From the human T2T-CHM13v2.0 reference genome, Homo sapiens, in NCBI RefSeq assembly GCF_009914755.1, contig NC_060925.1: a stretch of DNA of 64,000 nucleotides. The stretch is one strand, 5' to 3'. The position numbers were made by a program, and so were the translations under genes. Within the stretch, counting starts at the first letter, position 1. Every line of letters begins with the position of its first letter. Positions 27,526-44,277 of this stretch are shown in pieces. The notes beneath the pieces are model-generated. The model was not told where the DNA came from. It saw only the letters and a program-made list of their open reading frames with translations, and searched no databases.

Positions 27526-27794
27526 ATTGGCAGCTTTTGATTTCCTGTCCTCCCAACTTCCAAAGTTTATGAAGAGAAATCTGTTGATAATCTTATTAAA
27601 GATTTCTTACGTGTGATCAGTTGCTTTTCTCTTACCGATTTAAAGATTCTCTGTTTTTGACTTTTGAAAGTTTGATTATAATGTGTTTTGGTGTCGGTCT
27701 CTTTAAGTTTATCTTACTTGGAGTTTGCCTGGCTACTGTGTTTGTATTCAGGTCTTTCATCAAATTTGGGAAGTTTTCAGCCATTATTTCTTCA

Positions 27795-28319
<525 letters not shown>

Positions 28320-29128
28320 TCAAATTTGACTTTGAATCCCTCTAGTTAATTTTTTATTTCACCTATTTTACTTTTCAGATCCAGCACTTTTTTGTTTCTT
28401 TTTTGATTTTCTATCCTTTATTTATATTTTCATTTTGTTCATGCATTATTTTCTTGTCTTGTGCTACATCTTCCTTTAGTTTTTGGGTACCTTTAAGACA
28501 CCTGTTTCAAAGTCTGTCAAGTAGCACATCCAGGAGGTTGTTTTTTTCTCTCTCTCTTTAATTATTTATTATTTTTCTTTTCATTTTCTTCCCCCATGAC
28601 CAAATCTTAACTTGACTATCAGGCATTTTTCAGTGAGAGTTTCTGTTGGTTCATTTTTTTTTATTTATTTTTATTGTTGTTGTTGAAAACTGGACATTTG
28701 AATCTACTAGTGTGGTTAATTCCAGAAATTAGATTCTCCTCCTTCCTCAGGGTTTGCTGTTTTTCTGTTATTGTTTTGTTTTTTGATTATTGTAGGTTGT
28801 CTCTATGCCAAGGATCAGCCTGAGGTATAAACTTATGGTCTTCACAGATGTTTTCTGAGCCTGAACCTTTCCCTGGGTGTGTGGTCACTCCCTAATTTTA
28901 CCTATATATGCAGTTATTCTTGAATATTTTATCCTTTAATGTCTGGCTCCCAAAAGGGGAAAAAGAGAAAAATTGAGGGAGGGTGAAAAAAGGGCACCAT
29001 CCCTTTAAACTTTCTGGAAGTTGCTTCAGCTTAGGGTGAGGAGCTTGCTACAATGGGGGAAGGTACAGCAGTAGCTGCCAGCCTCTTTGTCTCTGTGCTG
29101 CAATCAGACATTAGAGAACAGAGCCCCA

Positions 29129-29129
<1 letters not shown>

Positions 29130-29175
<46 letters not shown>

Positions 29176-29447
29176 GAGATGGAGTCTTTCTCTGTCACCC
29201 AGGCTAGAGTGCAGTGGCATGATCTCAGCTCACTGCAGCCTCCGCCTCCTGGGTCAAGTGATTCTTGTGCCCCAGCCTCCTGAGTGGCTGGGATTATAGG
29301 TGCCTGCCACCACACCTGACTAATTTTAGTAGAGACAGAGTTTTACCATGTGGGCCTGGCTGGTCTTGAACTCCTGACCTCAAGTAATCCACCCACCTCG
29401 GTCTCCCAAAGTGCTAGGATTACAGGCATGAGCTACTGCACCTGGCC
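29130..29447 (-). mobile_element. Alu with (TG)n tail
   Basis: (TG)n at 29130-29171 then antisense Alu. Confidence 0.9.
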
Positions 29448-30000
29448 CAGACCCCCAGTGTTTGGAGACAGCATTCTTTTTGCCCATTCTGGATCCTGAA
29501 AGATGTGTGCAGCTTACTGTAGGAACACAAGCTGACTGCCTTGGGGGTAGTGTTGGGTAGCTGCTATTGTGCTAAGGGCCGAAATTGACTGAAATTACCT
29601 ACAATTTACCATCTGGGCCTTCCTCTGGAAGTTGCAAGCCTTCAGTAGGCTCCAGAGTTCTGAAATATTTACATCTGACAGATCCTGCCCATGCAGTTGT
29701 TGTGTAGATTCCAGGTGCTTCTCATTCCACCATCTTCCCAGGATACCCTCTGACCTTCTGGATTTTGAATTCAGTCAAGCTGTTCTCTAACAGCTGGGGT
29801 GAAAGCCAACAAAGATCCTGCTAAGAAAGCTCCCTGGAAAAAAAATGTTCAAAAGTAACACAAATATCAAACTGGAAAGAAATTGATTTAGGAACCGAAC
29901 CCAGGTTGTCATGGTGAAAAAAGGAGCAGAACCTTAGCTACCGAACTGCAGCCTGGGGTATGAGGTGACTACCATCACTTTTTTAGTTTGGTTTGGCTAG

Positions 30001-30519
<519 letters not shown>

Positions 30520-31332
30520 TCTAAATCCATATAAATCAATTATTCACGCACTGAGCAGAATATTCAGGATTTTTTTTCTTATAATATAAATGATGTGGAA
30601 AACTGGAGAACCAAAGAAGAACACCAAGACTATCTAAAAGTGTTAAATTTTTCATTAGAAAGAAAATGACTTCATGACAGTTCTTAAGACAATGATAGAA
30701 CTTGGGGAAATATGTATTCCTTGATGTTTCTATGCATTTGCAATAATAAACAATGAAAATATGGTTAAATTTTAGAAAGAGATAGGCCTGTGGTATTGTC
30801 ACAAGGGTATACAAATACTCAGAATGACTGCTGAGGCAGTGCTCTCCATTGGTGGTGACCTTCAGAAGAGACCTGTGTTTCCACATGGCCTAGACACCTG
30901 GAAGGCAGAGATCCTAACATTCCATGACACCCCCACCTTCTAATTCTGTTATTGTGACTCCAGACCATTACCTGGCACCGGGTCTGATTTCTGGCATTCC
31001 TATCAGAGCCTGAGTCACAGACAGTACCTTAGACTCTAAGCTTAGGCACCTTGTGCCTTGTTTTTGTGGCTAAGGATTCTCAGAGTTGTAGGATGCTGAC
31101 AAAGTTTATCCCAAAGGTAATTTATGAATCAGATCTGCTTTCTTTTGACTTGTTTAAACCCTTCATTTAATGTAAAGAAACTTTATTGAGGTATAATTTA
31201 CATACTATAAAATTTACCCATTATAATTGTACAGTTCAATAATTTTTAGTAATTTACCCAAGTAGTGCAACCATTACCACAATCCATGCATTTGTTTTTA
31301 ATTTATTAATTGTCTGGGTTTATTCTCCCTAG

Positions 31333-31542
31333 GCTCTGATTGTACTTTCTCCACAAGCTTCAGCATGGCAGTATCTCTCACCACTTGTTTTGGTCCAAGG
31401 GCAGAAATGAGCATCCTGGAAACCAATCAGTACTTGCTCTCTGAACTGGAAAAGTGCAAAGAGAACTTCCGAGACCTCACAGAGAAATTCCTGACATCCA
31501 AAGCTACTGCCTACTCCCTGGCCAATCACCTGCAGAAATATA
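31333..31542 (+). pseudogene. Exon A (ATG at 31365): NBPF-type N-terminus
   Basis: ccctag|GCT; MAVSLTTCFGPRAEMSILETNQYLLSELEKCKENFRDLTEKFLTSKATAYSLANHLQKY; A|gtaggt, phase 1. Confidence 0.88.
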
Positions 31543-32171
31543 GTAGGTCCCATAGGGGCATGGTCACCAAAGTGATAAATGATTGTCTGTCTTTCCTCTG
31601 TGAAATGAAACACTGCAGACTTTATTCTTTATCAAAATTAATTTTATCCTAACTACACTCCCAGAAAGGTAGAAGTGGGCCTTTTACTCTCAATTTGCCA
31701 AGGACAGAAAAACTGAGGCACAAAGGTGTAAAGTTTGCAGGGCGAGTGTAGTGAGGAATAGAGACTAAAACCTTGGTTTAGGCATGAAACTGTCTTTCCC
31801 CTCTCAGCAATGAATATCAGATTCTACAAACATGTAACATCACTGTTGGTTAAAACATCTCAGGATTCGATTTAAACTTTTTTAAGAGCGCCCATTTGCA
31901 AAGCACTGTGCCAACAGCACCAGGGATGAAAGAAGTAATAGTATACCCTATCTGCCTTGAAGGAACTTAAAACTACCTATTCTCAACTGAGTCACAGATA
32001 TGTGGAGATGCAAACTTCAATAGCAGACACGGAGAAAAATCTTTATGATACCTGGATCAAGATTCTCTTCCCACATAAGTTCACATAAGCCATTCCTCAT
32101 GTTCTGGTTAGATTGAGGGTATTTCCATAAAAATCAGTGACTTTGTTACACCCTTTCTGTCTCTCTCTGAG

Positions 32172-32280
32172 TATCAACTTTACAGACAGCAAGCAACTGC
32201 AGGTGGATGTCCAGGATAAGAGCTATGAGACATATGGCCAAAATGAGAACAAGGCCAAGTGGAAGAGACCGCCATTCTCA
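32172..32280 (+). pseudogene. Dead PDE4DIP-like exon within intron 1
   Basis: DSKQLQVDVQDKSYETYGQNENKA resembles recalled PDE4DIP DSKQIQVDLQDLGYETCGRSENEA; polypyrimidine tract upstream, weak donor. Confidence 0.7.
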
Positions 32281-33156
32281 GTAGAAGGCCAGGCCAGGTT
32301 AGGGGCTGGCCCTTTCCTCTCCACAGTTAGCTCTCACATTTTTAAATCCAATGTAAAATCCCAAACCTGTTACTAATAGTCGGAGAAGGGGGAAGCTATA
32401 ATGACAAGGAAACATGGGAACAAGGGCATGAGAGGAACAGGGATATTAGAAGAGGATTCTGGTTAACATTGAAATTGAGTTTGCTTTCCAATTTCTACAA
32501 TTGTTTTTAAATAAATCATCGTGTGGGGGGTGGTTAAATTTGCTGTCTAACTTACTGTCATAGAAAAGTAAAGCCAAAAGCCCACTTATTAAAGAAGTGA
32601 AAAGATGAGCTTTGGTTTGTTGAAAAACTAGTTAAAAAAAAAAAAAACTTCATTCATTATAATTGTAGGAAAAATATTTCTCAAGCTAGAGAAGAAGAAA
32701 GATATTACCTAAGACCTTAGTATAAAGGTATTATTGTGCAGTGATTAAAGAGCATATACCCTAGGGCCAAATCTCCTGGGTTCAAATCTAACTTATTGTC
32801 TCTGTGCCTCAGTTTTCTCATCTGTAATGGTAACAGAGTAGGAACTACCTCTTTGGATAGTGGTAATGATCATATGATCATAATTCTTAAAAACCTACTG
32901 CAACAGTACCATGACAAACACTATGTGTTGGTTCTCCCTTTAAAACACTATTAGCATTTGGGCATATATCATTTGGATCTTTCTCCTCCATATACAGTTT
33001 TACACAGTTGTATACAGATAAATGTTTAAATCTTTGAAATATTTTCGAATTATTGAAACTCTTGAAACAGGAGAACCATCAGTTCTACAGTTCTTAGTAT
33101 CTTCCTAAATACACAGGAAGTCATTATTTCATGCCCTTATGTTCATGTTTTACTTA

Positions 33157-33502
<346 letters not shown>

Positions 33503-33786
33503 TAAAAGATGTGGAGTCAGACCCCATGGGACGTGAATTCTGACTGCTTCATTCCAGTTGAATCATCTTGTCAAGTTACTTTATCGGCCTGTGGGCTTTT
33601 CTTTCCTCATCTCTAAAACAGGGAGTAGTTGAGAGACTGAGGAATAAAGATATGGAAATCCCAGTGTAAAGCCTGGTACCGGGGATACTTTTATCCTTGA
33701 GATAGACCCTGCCTCCTGCCCTGCAGGCAGTGACCACAGCAGCATGGCCAGCCTTCCATGATGCAGGCATGTCTGTCTTCTCTCAG

Positions 33787-33889
33787 AGTGTGAAGAGTGC
33801 AAAGACCTTATAGAATCTGTGCTGGAGGAGGAGCTGCAGTTTCAGGAGAGGGAGCTGACCAAATTGCCAAGGCCAGCAGCAAGGCTCCG
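33787..33889 (+). pseudogene. Exon B (103 nt), NBPF-type
   Basis: tctcag|AG TGT GAA; (K)CEECKDLIESVLEEELQFQERELTKLPRPAARL(R); CG|gtaagg. Confidence 0.88.
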
Positions 33890-34985
33890 GTAAGGAGGTA
33901 CCTCTGTGGGAAGTGTATAAATACTGTTTGAGGTGGGGCAGCTCAGGCAGGTAGAACAAAGAGCAAATTTGTGCAAGGAGAAGGGCAGAAATGTATGAGG
34001 CAGGTACAGAACTAGACTAAGACACAATGAGGCTATAGTCTAGTTAGGTCTCTAGGGTTTTCCATTAAAGAACATATTAGTAAAATGGAGACAGCTGCCT
34101 GCATTGGAATACTAGCAACGTGGCTTCTATTTGTGTATCCTTGGTCAAATTTACTGCACTTTTCTGCATGTCATTAACCTAGGCTACCTCATTTATAAAA
34201 CGGAAATACTGACAGTATCTACCTTAGAGGGTTATGAAGATTAAATGCACAATTGCAAGTAGTTAAAACCATCTCTAACACATATAAAACTCTGAACAAC
34301 TATTTTCTGTAATTATTTTATTTGTTCCCATTTATAGATGTGGTGATTGTCATTAACATTTCCTATAAGAGATATTTTCAAACTTTCCAAAGTGCCTTTC
34401 ATGATAAGAAAGTTTCTCCTCCAAACTTTTTTAAAAAGTATTATACTAGGTGAAGTATTAACTGGTAGGGCTATTGGGTAGATAGATGATTGAGCAGCTG
34501 TTGTGTGGAAAATGAATTATTAATTCACTCAGGACCAGCATTGACTATCCTTAGAGGGTTTCAGACATAAGGTAGATTGTAGCATTTGAAACTTCTTTTA
34601 ATCCTTTGTTGAAATGAAATCATAGAAGCTCAAATGTGTAAAACTCACCAAAGCAGAGATATTTGATTGAAGGAGGGATAGGTCTGGAGCCCCTGTTTCT
34701 CGCCAGTATGTGTCTTTACTTCCCCTGACACTGTCTAGTAACTCTGTCGAATAGAGTTTGAAAGAGGACCTGCAGATAACAACTTTGAAGAATAGCAGGG
34801 AGAAAATTCAAGCATTAGATGGGGTAGATGACTGTAAATGTTCAGTCCAGCTCTGGGATTACATGGTTCTAAACATTAACTGAATAACTACTTGTATGTG
34901 TACATACTACCAGGTGCTGTGAGTTGGGTAATAGGTGGCACTGTCTTTAGACTCACAGAGCTCACACTCTACATTGGAACCCATG

Positions 34986-35372
34986 TGTATTAGTCCATTC
35001 TGACACTGCTATAAACATGTACCTGAGTCTGGGTGATTTATAAAGAAAAGAGGTTTAATCGGCTCATGGTTCTGTGGGCTGTACAGGCTTCTGCTTCTGG
35101 GCAGGCCTCAGGAAACACAATCATTGCAGAAGTTGAAGGGGAAGCAGGCATGGTCTTCACATGGCCAGAACAGGAGAGAGAGAGAGAACAAAGAGGGAGG
35201 TGCTACACTTTCAAACAACCAGACCTCATGAGACCTCACTCACTACCACGAGAACAGGAAGGGGGAAGTCCACCCCCGTGATCCAGTCACTTTCCAGCAG
35301 GTCCCTCCCCCAACATTGGAGATTACAATCCAACATGAGGTTTAGGTGGGGACACAGAGCCAAACCATATCA
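34986..35372 (-). mobile_element. MaLR solo LTR (MSTA-like)
   Basis: Minus strand TGATATGGTTTGG...CTAATACA; 5-bp TSD CCATG on both sides. Confidence 0.9.
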
Positions 35373-35430
35373 CCATGAGAAATATTTGAACAATAATTAG
35401 AAAGCAATGAAATCCCACATAGAGTAATGA

Positions 35431-35745
<315 letters not shown>

Positions 35746-36083
35746 GAACTTTAGTTTTAACTGCCTTCTTACTGATTATGGTCTACCTTCATGTCATTCA
35801 AAAGAATACTGCCCTTCTTGACCTTTTCACTGATTTTTCTTTTTAACTTTCAATTAATACCAGAGATACCTGCCCAACACTTTTGAATCTGGCTTTTTTT
35901 TTTTCTGCCAGTTACTGCATAATGCTTGATGTATATTGTATGAAAATGTACTTGGGCTAAAGTGGGGAACCAAAGGGGCATCTTTTTAAAGCAAAGGTAG
36001 TAAAATAACAGACAAACCCAAGGCTGGTTCTTCATTCCTTCTGCCACAGGCAAGTCACACAACTTGTACAAGAATTAATCTTG

Positions 36084-36402
36084 GGCCAGATGCAGTGGCT
36101 CATGCCTGTAGTCCCAGCACTTTGGGACACCGAGGTGCACGAGTCATTTGAGGTCAGGGGTTCGAGACTAGCATGGCCAACATGGCAAAACCCCATCTCT
36201 ACAAAAAATATATAAATTATCCTGGCATGGTGGTGGGCACCTGTAATCCCAGCTACTTGGAAGGCTGAGGCAAGAGAATTGCTTGAACCTGGGAGGCGGA
36301 GGCAGAGGCGGAGGCTGCAGTGAGCCGAGATCTTGTCACTGCACTCCAGCCTGGGCGACAGAGTAAGATTCTGTCTCAAAAAAAAAAAAAAGAAAAAAAA
36401 GA
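36084..36402 (+). mobile_element. Alu
   Basis: Dimer and A tail; AAGAATT(A/C)A-like TSD. Confidence 0.9.
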
Positions 36403-36514
36403 ATTCAACTTGGGAGTTCCTTACAGGGATTCTAAGAGATCTCTCCTCTGAAACTTCTATAACCTATTATTCACTACATTCCCTCTTACATTTTACTCTT
36501 CTTTCCCACCTTAG

Positions 36515-36750
36515 GATACATGATCCCTTAATTCAGGCTCAGGCTGAAGAACTGACCCACTTACGACAGAAGATACAAGAAGGGAGAGGTGTCTGCTACC
36601 TTTTCACCCAGCATGTGAAGAACACAGTCAAGTCTTTTGAGGGCCTTCTCAGGAACACTGGCATTGCCTACTACCAGAGACAGAGATTCTGTGAGCAAAT
36701 GGTACAAGGAAGCCAGCTAACAGAGATCCTTGTCAGAAAACTTGCCACAG
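36515..36750 (+). pseudogene. Exon C (236 nt), PDE4DIP-like coiled coil
   Basis: ccttag|G; IHDPLIQAQAEELTHLRQKIQEGRGVCYLFTQHVKNTVKSFEGLLRN...QGSQLTEILVRKLAT; G|gtaagt. Confidence 0.9.
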
Positions 36751-36939
36751 GTAAGTTGGCTACAGGCTCTGAAGACCCTTACCTCCTCCCAAGTGCCCCA
36801 AAGTGGGGAGAAAAAATGCAAAGTTATCTCCATTGTAGATTTTATTTTAGTTTTGACTATGGTCCTTAATCTGCATTCTATTGTTTTCTCTTTAGAGCAC
36901 TCAGGTAATCACTTTTCATATTCTTTCAAGAGTCCTGAG

Positions 36940-37236
36940 TTTTGTTTTTTATTTTGAGACAGAGTCTGCTCTCTAACCCGAGCTAGAGTGCAGTGACGCG
37001 ATCTTGGCTGACTGCAGTCTGTGCCTCCTGGGCTCAAGCAGTCATCCCACCTCAGCCTCCCAAGTAGCTGGGACTACAGGTGTGTGCCACCACACCTGGC
37101 TAATTTTCATATTTTTTGTAGAGACAGGGTTTCTCCATGTTGCCCAGGCTGGTCTTGAACTACTGAGCTCAAGTGACCCATCTGCTGTGGCCTCCCAAAG
37201 TTCTGGGATTACAGATATGAGCCACTGTGCCTGGCC
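36940..37236 (-). mobile_element. AluJ-like element
   Basis: Antisense dimer. Confidence 0.88.
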
Positions 37237-37937
37237 TGAGAGTTCTTAGTTTCAATCAGTAAGAGAGGTAGAGTATAGTGGATTACTTCATCTTGATGAG
37301 CATAAGAACTCACCTTCATTTCTGGAAGATATTTTCACTGGATGTAGGATTCTAGTTGACAGTTTGTGTTTTTAAAAAGTGTTTGAAAAGTGATATTCCA
37401 CTGTCTTCTGGCTTACATTGTTTCCAACAAGAAGTCTTCCATAATTCTTATTTTTGTTCCTCTGTACATAATATGTCTTTTTCTCTGGCCGCTTTTGAGA
37501 TTTTCTGTTTATCACTGGTTTGAAGCAGTTTGATTAAGGTAAGACCATGTATAGTTTTATCTTTTAAGTATTGTTTTACTTTATTTAGTTTCTTGCATCT
37601 GCATGTTTATAGTTCTCATCAAATTTGAATAGTAATGACATATATAGTCTTATCTATGGCATATACAGTATATTTGGCACATATATATCAAATATATATA
37701 ATGTATATTCTATTCTTTCTCTCTATCCTCTCCTTCAAAGACTCCAGTTATATTTGTATTAGCTGCTTTGAAATTTTACCATAGCTGACTAATGGTCTGT
37801 TCATTTTTGTTGTATCTTTTTTTTCTCTCTTTGTTTCTTTCTATTTCCATGTCTCGGAATTGATTAATCTTTCTTTAGCAGCATCTAATCTGCTGTTAAT
37901 CCTATCCAGTGTATTTTCATCTCAAACTTTATTTTTC

Positions 37938-39720
<1,783 letters not shown>

Positions 39721-39809
39721 AAACTTTATTTTTCATCTAAATTTAATTTATGTCTTTCTTTAAGGTCTTCTATGTAACTCTTCATCATTTCGTATTTTGC
39801 TCTAGCTTC

Positions 39810-40124
39810 TTTATTTTATTTTATTCTATTTTTTGAGACAGAGTCTCACTCTGTTGCCCAGGCTGAAGTGCAGTGGTGAGATTTTGGCTCACTGCAACCT
39901 TCACCTCCTGGGTTCAAGTGATTCCTATGCCTCCTGTGCCTCAGCCTCCTGAGTAGCTGGGGTTACAGGCACATGCCTCCACACCCAGCTAATTTTCATA
40001 TTTTTCAGAGAGACGGGGTTTCACCACATTGGCCAGGCTGATCTCAAACTCCTGACCTCAGGTGACCCACCCGCCTTGGCCTCGCAAAGTGCTGGGATTA
40101 CAAGCATGAGCCACCACACCAGCC
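39810..40124 (-). mobile_element. AluS-type element
   Basis: Antisense dimer; CTAGCTTCTTT flanks. Confidence 0.9.
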
Positions 40125-40770
40125 TAGCTTCTTTAATACAAGGAATATAGTTATGTTTGTTTCAATGTGCTTGTCTACAGATTCTGTCATCTGTGTCCTT
40201 TTTATTGTTTTTTAATTCTCACCTGATGTGTCCTTTCTAAGTCAGTTTAAGTAGATTGATTTTTTTCCCCCTTCTTATCATGGATTATAGTTTTCTGTCT
40301 GTCTGCATTCCTAACATTATTTGATTTGGGGTTAGACGTTGCAAATTGTAACTTACTGAGTTCTGGATTTTTTTGAATTTAGTGTTAAAATTATTTTAGC
40401 TTTGTTTTGGTATACAATAAAGTTACTTAAAAACAATTTTCATCTTTTCAGGCTGGCTTTTAAATTTTTTTAGGCAGGATAAGAGCAGCTATTAGTCAAC
40501 TGCTATCTTTTTCCCACTGTGGAGGCAAAATGACTTTTAAGAAAATAGACCTTATTTTTTAGAGTAGTTTCAGATTCACAGCAAATGAGCAGGAAGTACA
40601 AAAAGTTCCCATATACCCCCTGCCTCCACACATGCATAGCCTCCTAGATTATCAACATCTCTCTCCAGAATGGCACATTTGTTACAGTTGATGAACTTAC
40701 AATGACATGTCATTATCACACAAAGTCCATAGTTTACATTGGGAGCAATAATCTTTTGAAGATTCTAAGT

Positions 40771-41123
40771 CAGTGATCTCCCACAGATTTGGCACCAGGG
40801 ACTGGTTGCATGAAAGACAATTTTTCCACAGACAAGGTGGGGGTGGGGTGGTAGGGATTGGGAATTGGGTGGTTTCAGTACGAAACTGTTCCACCTCAGA
40901 TCATCAGGCACTAGTTAAGAGTCTCATAAGGAGCGTGCAACCTAGATCCCTGGCATGTACAGTTCACAATAGGGTTTGTGTTCCAATGCTAATCTAATGT
41001 CATCGCTGATCTGACAGAAGGCTGAGCTCAGGTGGTAATGCTTTCTCGCTGGCTGCTCCCCTTCTCCTGTGCAGCCCCATTCCTAACAGGCCATGGACCA
41101 GTGCTGGGGGTTGGGGACTCCTG
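40771..41123 (+). mobile_element. MER1B-like DNA transposon
   Basis: CAGTGATCTCCC...GGTTGGGGACTCCTG with TTCTAA(GT/CC) 8-bp flanks; similar to 18192-18542. Confidence 0.85.
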
Positions 41124-42546
41124 TTCTAACCAATGCTCCCTCTATTAAAAGGGATTTTCACTCTAGCTGATGGAAACACCAAGTGTTGCAAGCTATGTGT
41201 GAGCTACAGAGATTATTCCTTTTGGGAAGTTCTTTGCCCTGCTTTGCATAATTTCCTCAAATACATGTACTAATCAGTACTTAGCTGAAGATTGAAGACA
41301 GATATCCAAGGCATTCTATCTGTGCAGCAACCTATTCTCTAGTCTGTCCTGTGATGTCTAGCCACCCTGACTTCTTCAAACTTACTACCAGGCTCTGCCT
41401 GGGTCCTCCCTCCCTGCTCTACAGTTGACAATCTCAGGCAGCAAACTGGAGCAATTATAGGGCTCACCTCTTTTATTTATTATAGTACTGCACTATATCC
41501 AATGTTGAAGGTAGAGTTTAAAATACTTTTTCCAGTTTCTCAGTTGTTTAAGGTGGAGGACAAATCAGGTCTCCATTACTCCAAATTGGCCAGAAGCAGA
41601 AGTCTCCATTCCATCTTTGTGGTCAGAAAGAACAGTATGACAGAAGGCAGCTTGTTAGAATGGGAAGACCCATGGGCTAAGAATCAGCATTACCTAGGCT
41701 CTAGTCTCAGCACTGTATTTACTAACTTTGTGCAAGTGATTGATCCTTCTTGAATTTCTGTTTCCCCATTTGTAAAGTGGGTCAAATCATAATTCCATGG
41801 CTGCTGTACAGATCAGTTGAAGTAGTATCTTAATGTTCATGAGTGTATTTCTCTTTCAGGGTTATTTATTTTTTTATTTTTGGGTCCCAATAAACCGTCC
41901 AAATCTTTTGGGGTTAGTTCAGGCACTGTATATAGTAGAAGCTGGTGTTAGAAAAGTTGATTTATACTGGAATATTTTTCACAGAATCAACCCCAATGCT
42001 CACTAACAAACTGAGAAGAAAAAAAAAGAATTACCCCCAACAACATCTGAGGAAGCAGAACAGGGACAGACTTGAAGGCACCTGGGCAGTCCTCTGGTTT
42101 TGGAGTAGAGGTAGGACAGGGCTATTTGTCCTCTCAGAGACTGGAGCAGGTTCTGTGTGTGAGTAGCAATGGGACAAACAGTCGTGGTCTGGCAACCAGC
42201 CTGTAGCAGGAAGGAAGGTTACAACTGGAGAAGTCCAAAGGGCAACCAGGCAAGTATTCTTTGAGCTGGGGAACAAAAGGCATTTTAAACTTTTTGCTCT
42301 GCTTCAGGCAGCTGACGTCTGGTGATGATTCACCATATCAGGAACACCCTGTCCAGTGGGCTCAGGCAAGCCTGCCAGGCCACTTCTCTAAAGACACAAC
42401 CTGAGGCCTCCTGCAATAATTCTCACAGAGCATTCTGAACATACATGTAAGGTGTTATGTCCCTGATCATATAGGGCCCATGTGTGCAATGTGTGAAATG
42501 GGACCTGCTTAAATTCTGACTAGCTCTTTCTAATTTTGGCTTGCAG

Positions 42547-42597
42547 AAAATCACAATGGTAAGAAAATGAAGACAGGCAAAAGCCACTGGCTCCCAG
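42547..42597 (+). pseudogene. Exon D (small Olduvai-linker exon), 51 nt with a 1-nt frameshift
   Basis: ttgcag|AA AAT CAC...CCC AG|gtaact; ENHNGK then NEDRQKPLAPR in a shifted frame. Confidence 0.75.
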
Positions 42598-43422
42598 GTA
42601 ACTCTACATGATGAAGGGGCTGATAATGGACTGACCAAATCTAGAGAGAATTCCAGAAGCAAGGACTCAAGAGGTTAAAGGTCCCAGATCTAGAAAAAGC
42701 AGAAACTGCTGATTGTTCCTTTTTTTGTTGACTGATTATACAATGTGTCCTTTTAAAAATGGTTCTCTGTTCTCTTTGCAGTTGTTGTATTGGTTCCTAG
42801 TTCCTAGTAATTTCTCACACTTAGTTAACCAGTCAGTCTTACCGAAAAGTAAACTAACCAGGGATCCCTGGTTTCTGTATCTTTAAAACCTATAGGGTTA
42901 CAAACCAAAGTGAGATGCCTATCTGGTTTCTGCACAGTTGTCCTGAATTATGTTGGCAGATATTTTATAGCCAGAAATTTACCTTGAAAAATAAATTGAA
43001 ACCATACCAAGTATTTAGAGCTAGGGGTCTAAAATCTGCAAAAGCCCTGGGAGGTTGTGTTGTCTCAAGAGCCAGTATTCAGTGGACCACTCCACATCAT
43101 ATTAAATAAAATTTAAACAGCATTTTGAAGCCGACAGTATGGGTCACTGTGTGTCCTGTGTGCCGTGAGCGTATTGTAGAGTAGTTGTTGAGTCTGCTGC
43201 CTTATCTGTGTGTTATGAGGTCAATGCACTGATCACTTGCTTTTTTCACTTCTATACTAACTCTAGGCACACTTTACTCCCAGTCAAAAGTGGACTGTAT
43301 ACTTCCTCTTTGATGTGATGGTCCCTTTGGTTTTGGTGCCTCTTCCATGAGCTTCAGATCAGAACTAGCTATGTGGTTCCAGGCTGCCCTGGTTTAATCC
43401 CTTGTCTTGCCTACTTCACCTG

Positions 43423-43586
43423 GCTCAAGAGGGAAGTCCAGGAGGAAGAAATGGATGAAGTCCTGGAGGACTCACTAGATGAACAGTATTTGACTCATTC
43501 CAGCTGCCATGACTCCCACCAGCTTCCCAGCAGCAATGCCTTCCTCTTTGATGCACAGGAAGGCCCCTCGGCTGTGGAAATAGCCA
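43423..43586 (+). pseudogene. Exon E: large Olduvai (DUF1220) exon
   Basis: LKREVQEEEMDEVLEDSLDEQYLTHSSCHDSHQLPSSNAFLFDAQEGPSAVEIA; donor A|gtaagt; the expected acceptor reads TG. Confidence 0.8.
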
Positions 43587-43984
43587 GTAAGTGCTCCTTT
43601 GATAAGAAAAATAAAGCTCCATCAATCTCTCAGTAGCTCCTACATTCTACATGCTCACCACCTCTGTCTAAACTGAGAGATGTTATTCTCTGCAGGCAGG
43701 CCCTAAACATTCACTTTAAAAAAGTGATTAGGCTGAACACAGCTCTGGGATCAACTCTCAAGTACAGGTCCCTGGTGGGTCAGGTAATTTGCTCTGTTCC
43801 TGTCCTCACCTCAGTCCCTCTGGTCCAGACGGGCATCTGCAAGCCGGTATACTCAAAGCAGGCCAGAATGGAGAGAGTGAAGAGATTATGGCAGACTCTC
43901 TGCCACTACTGCCACACATGTACAAATCTGTTTAACAGATCTTCTTCTTTAAAATAGGACATCTCATCTTTCCTGAAATATATA

Positions 43985-44277
43985 TATTTTTTGAGACAGG
44001 GTCTCTTGTTCTGTCACCCAGGCTAGAGTGCAGTGGCATGATCTTGGCTCACCACAACCTAAAACCCAGGGTCAAATGACCCTCCCACCTCAGCCTCCTG
44101 AGTAGCTGAGAACACAGATGCATGCCACTACTCCTGGCTATTTTTTTTTGCCTTTTTGGTAGAGGTGGGTTCTTGCTTTTTTGCCCAGGCTGGCCTCAAA
44201 CTCCTGAACTCAAGCAATTCACCCACCCCTGCCTCCCAAAGTGCTGGGATTACAGATGTGAGCCACTGCACCCAGCC
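43985..44277 (-). mobile_element. AluJ-like element
   Basis: Antisense dimer. Confidence 0.88.

Noticed and set aside
31000-31122. Possible upstream non-coding exon (AP-1 site TGAGTCA at 31011, donor AAG|GTAATT at 31117)
   Set aside because: Plausible but rests on two short motifs; not supportable without transcript data.
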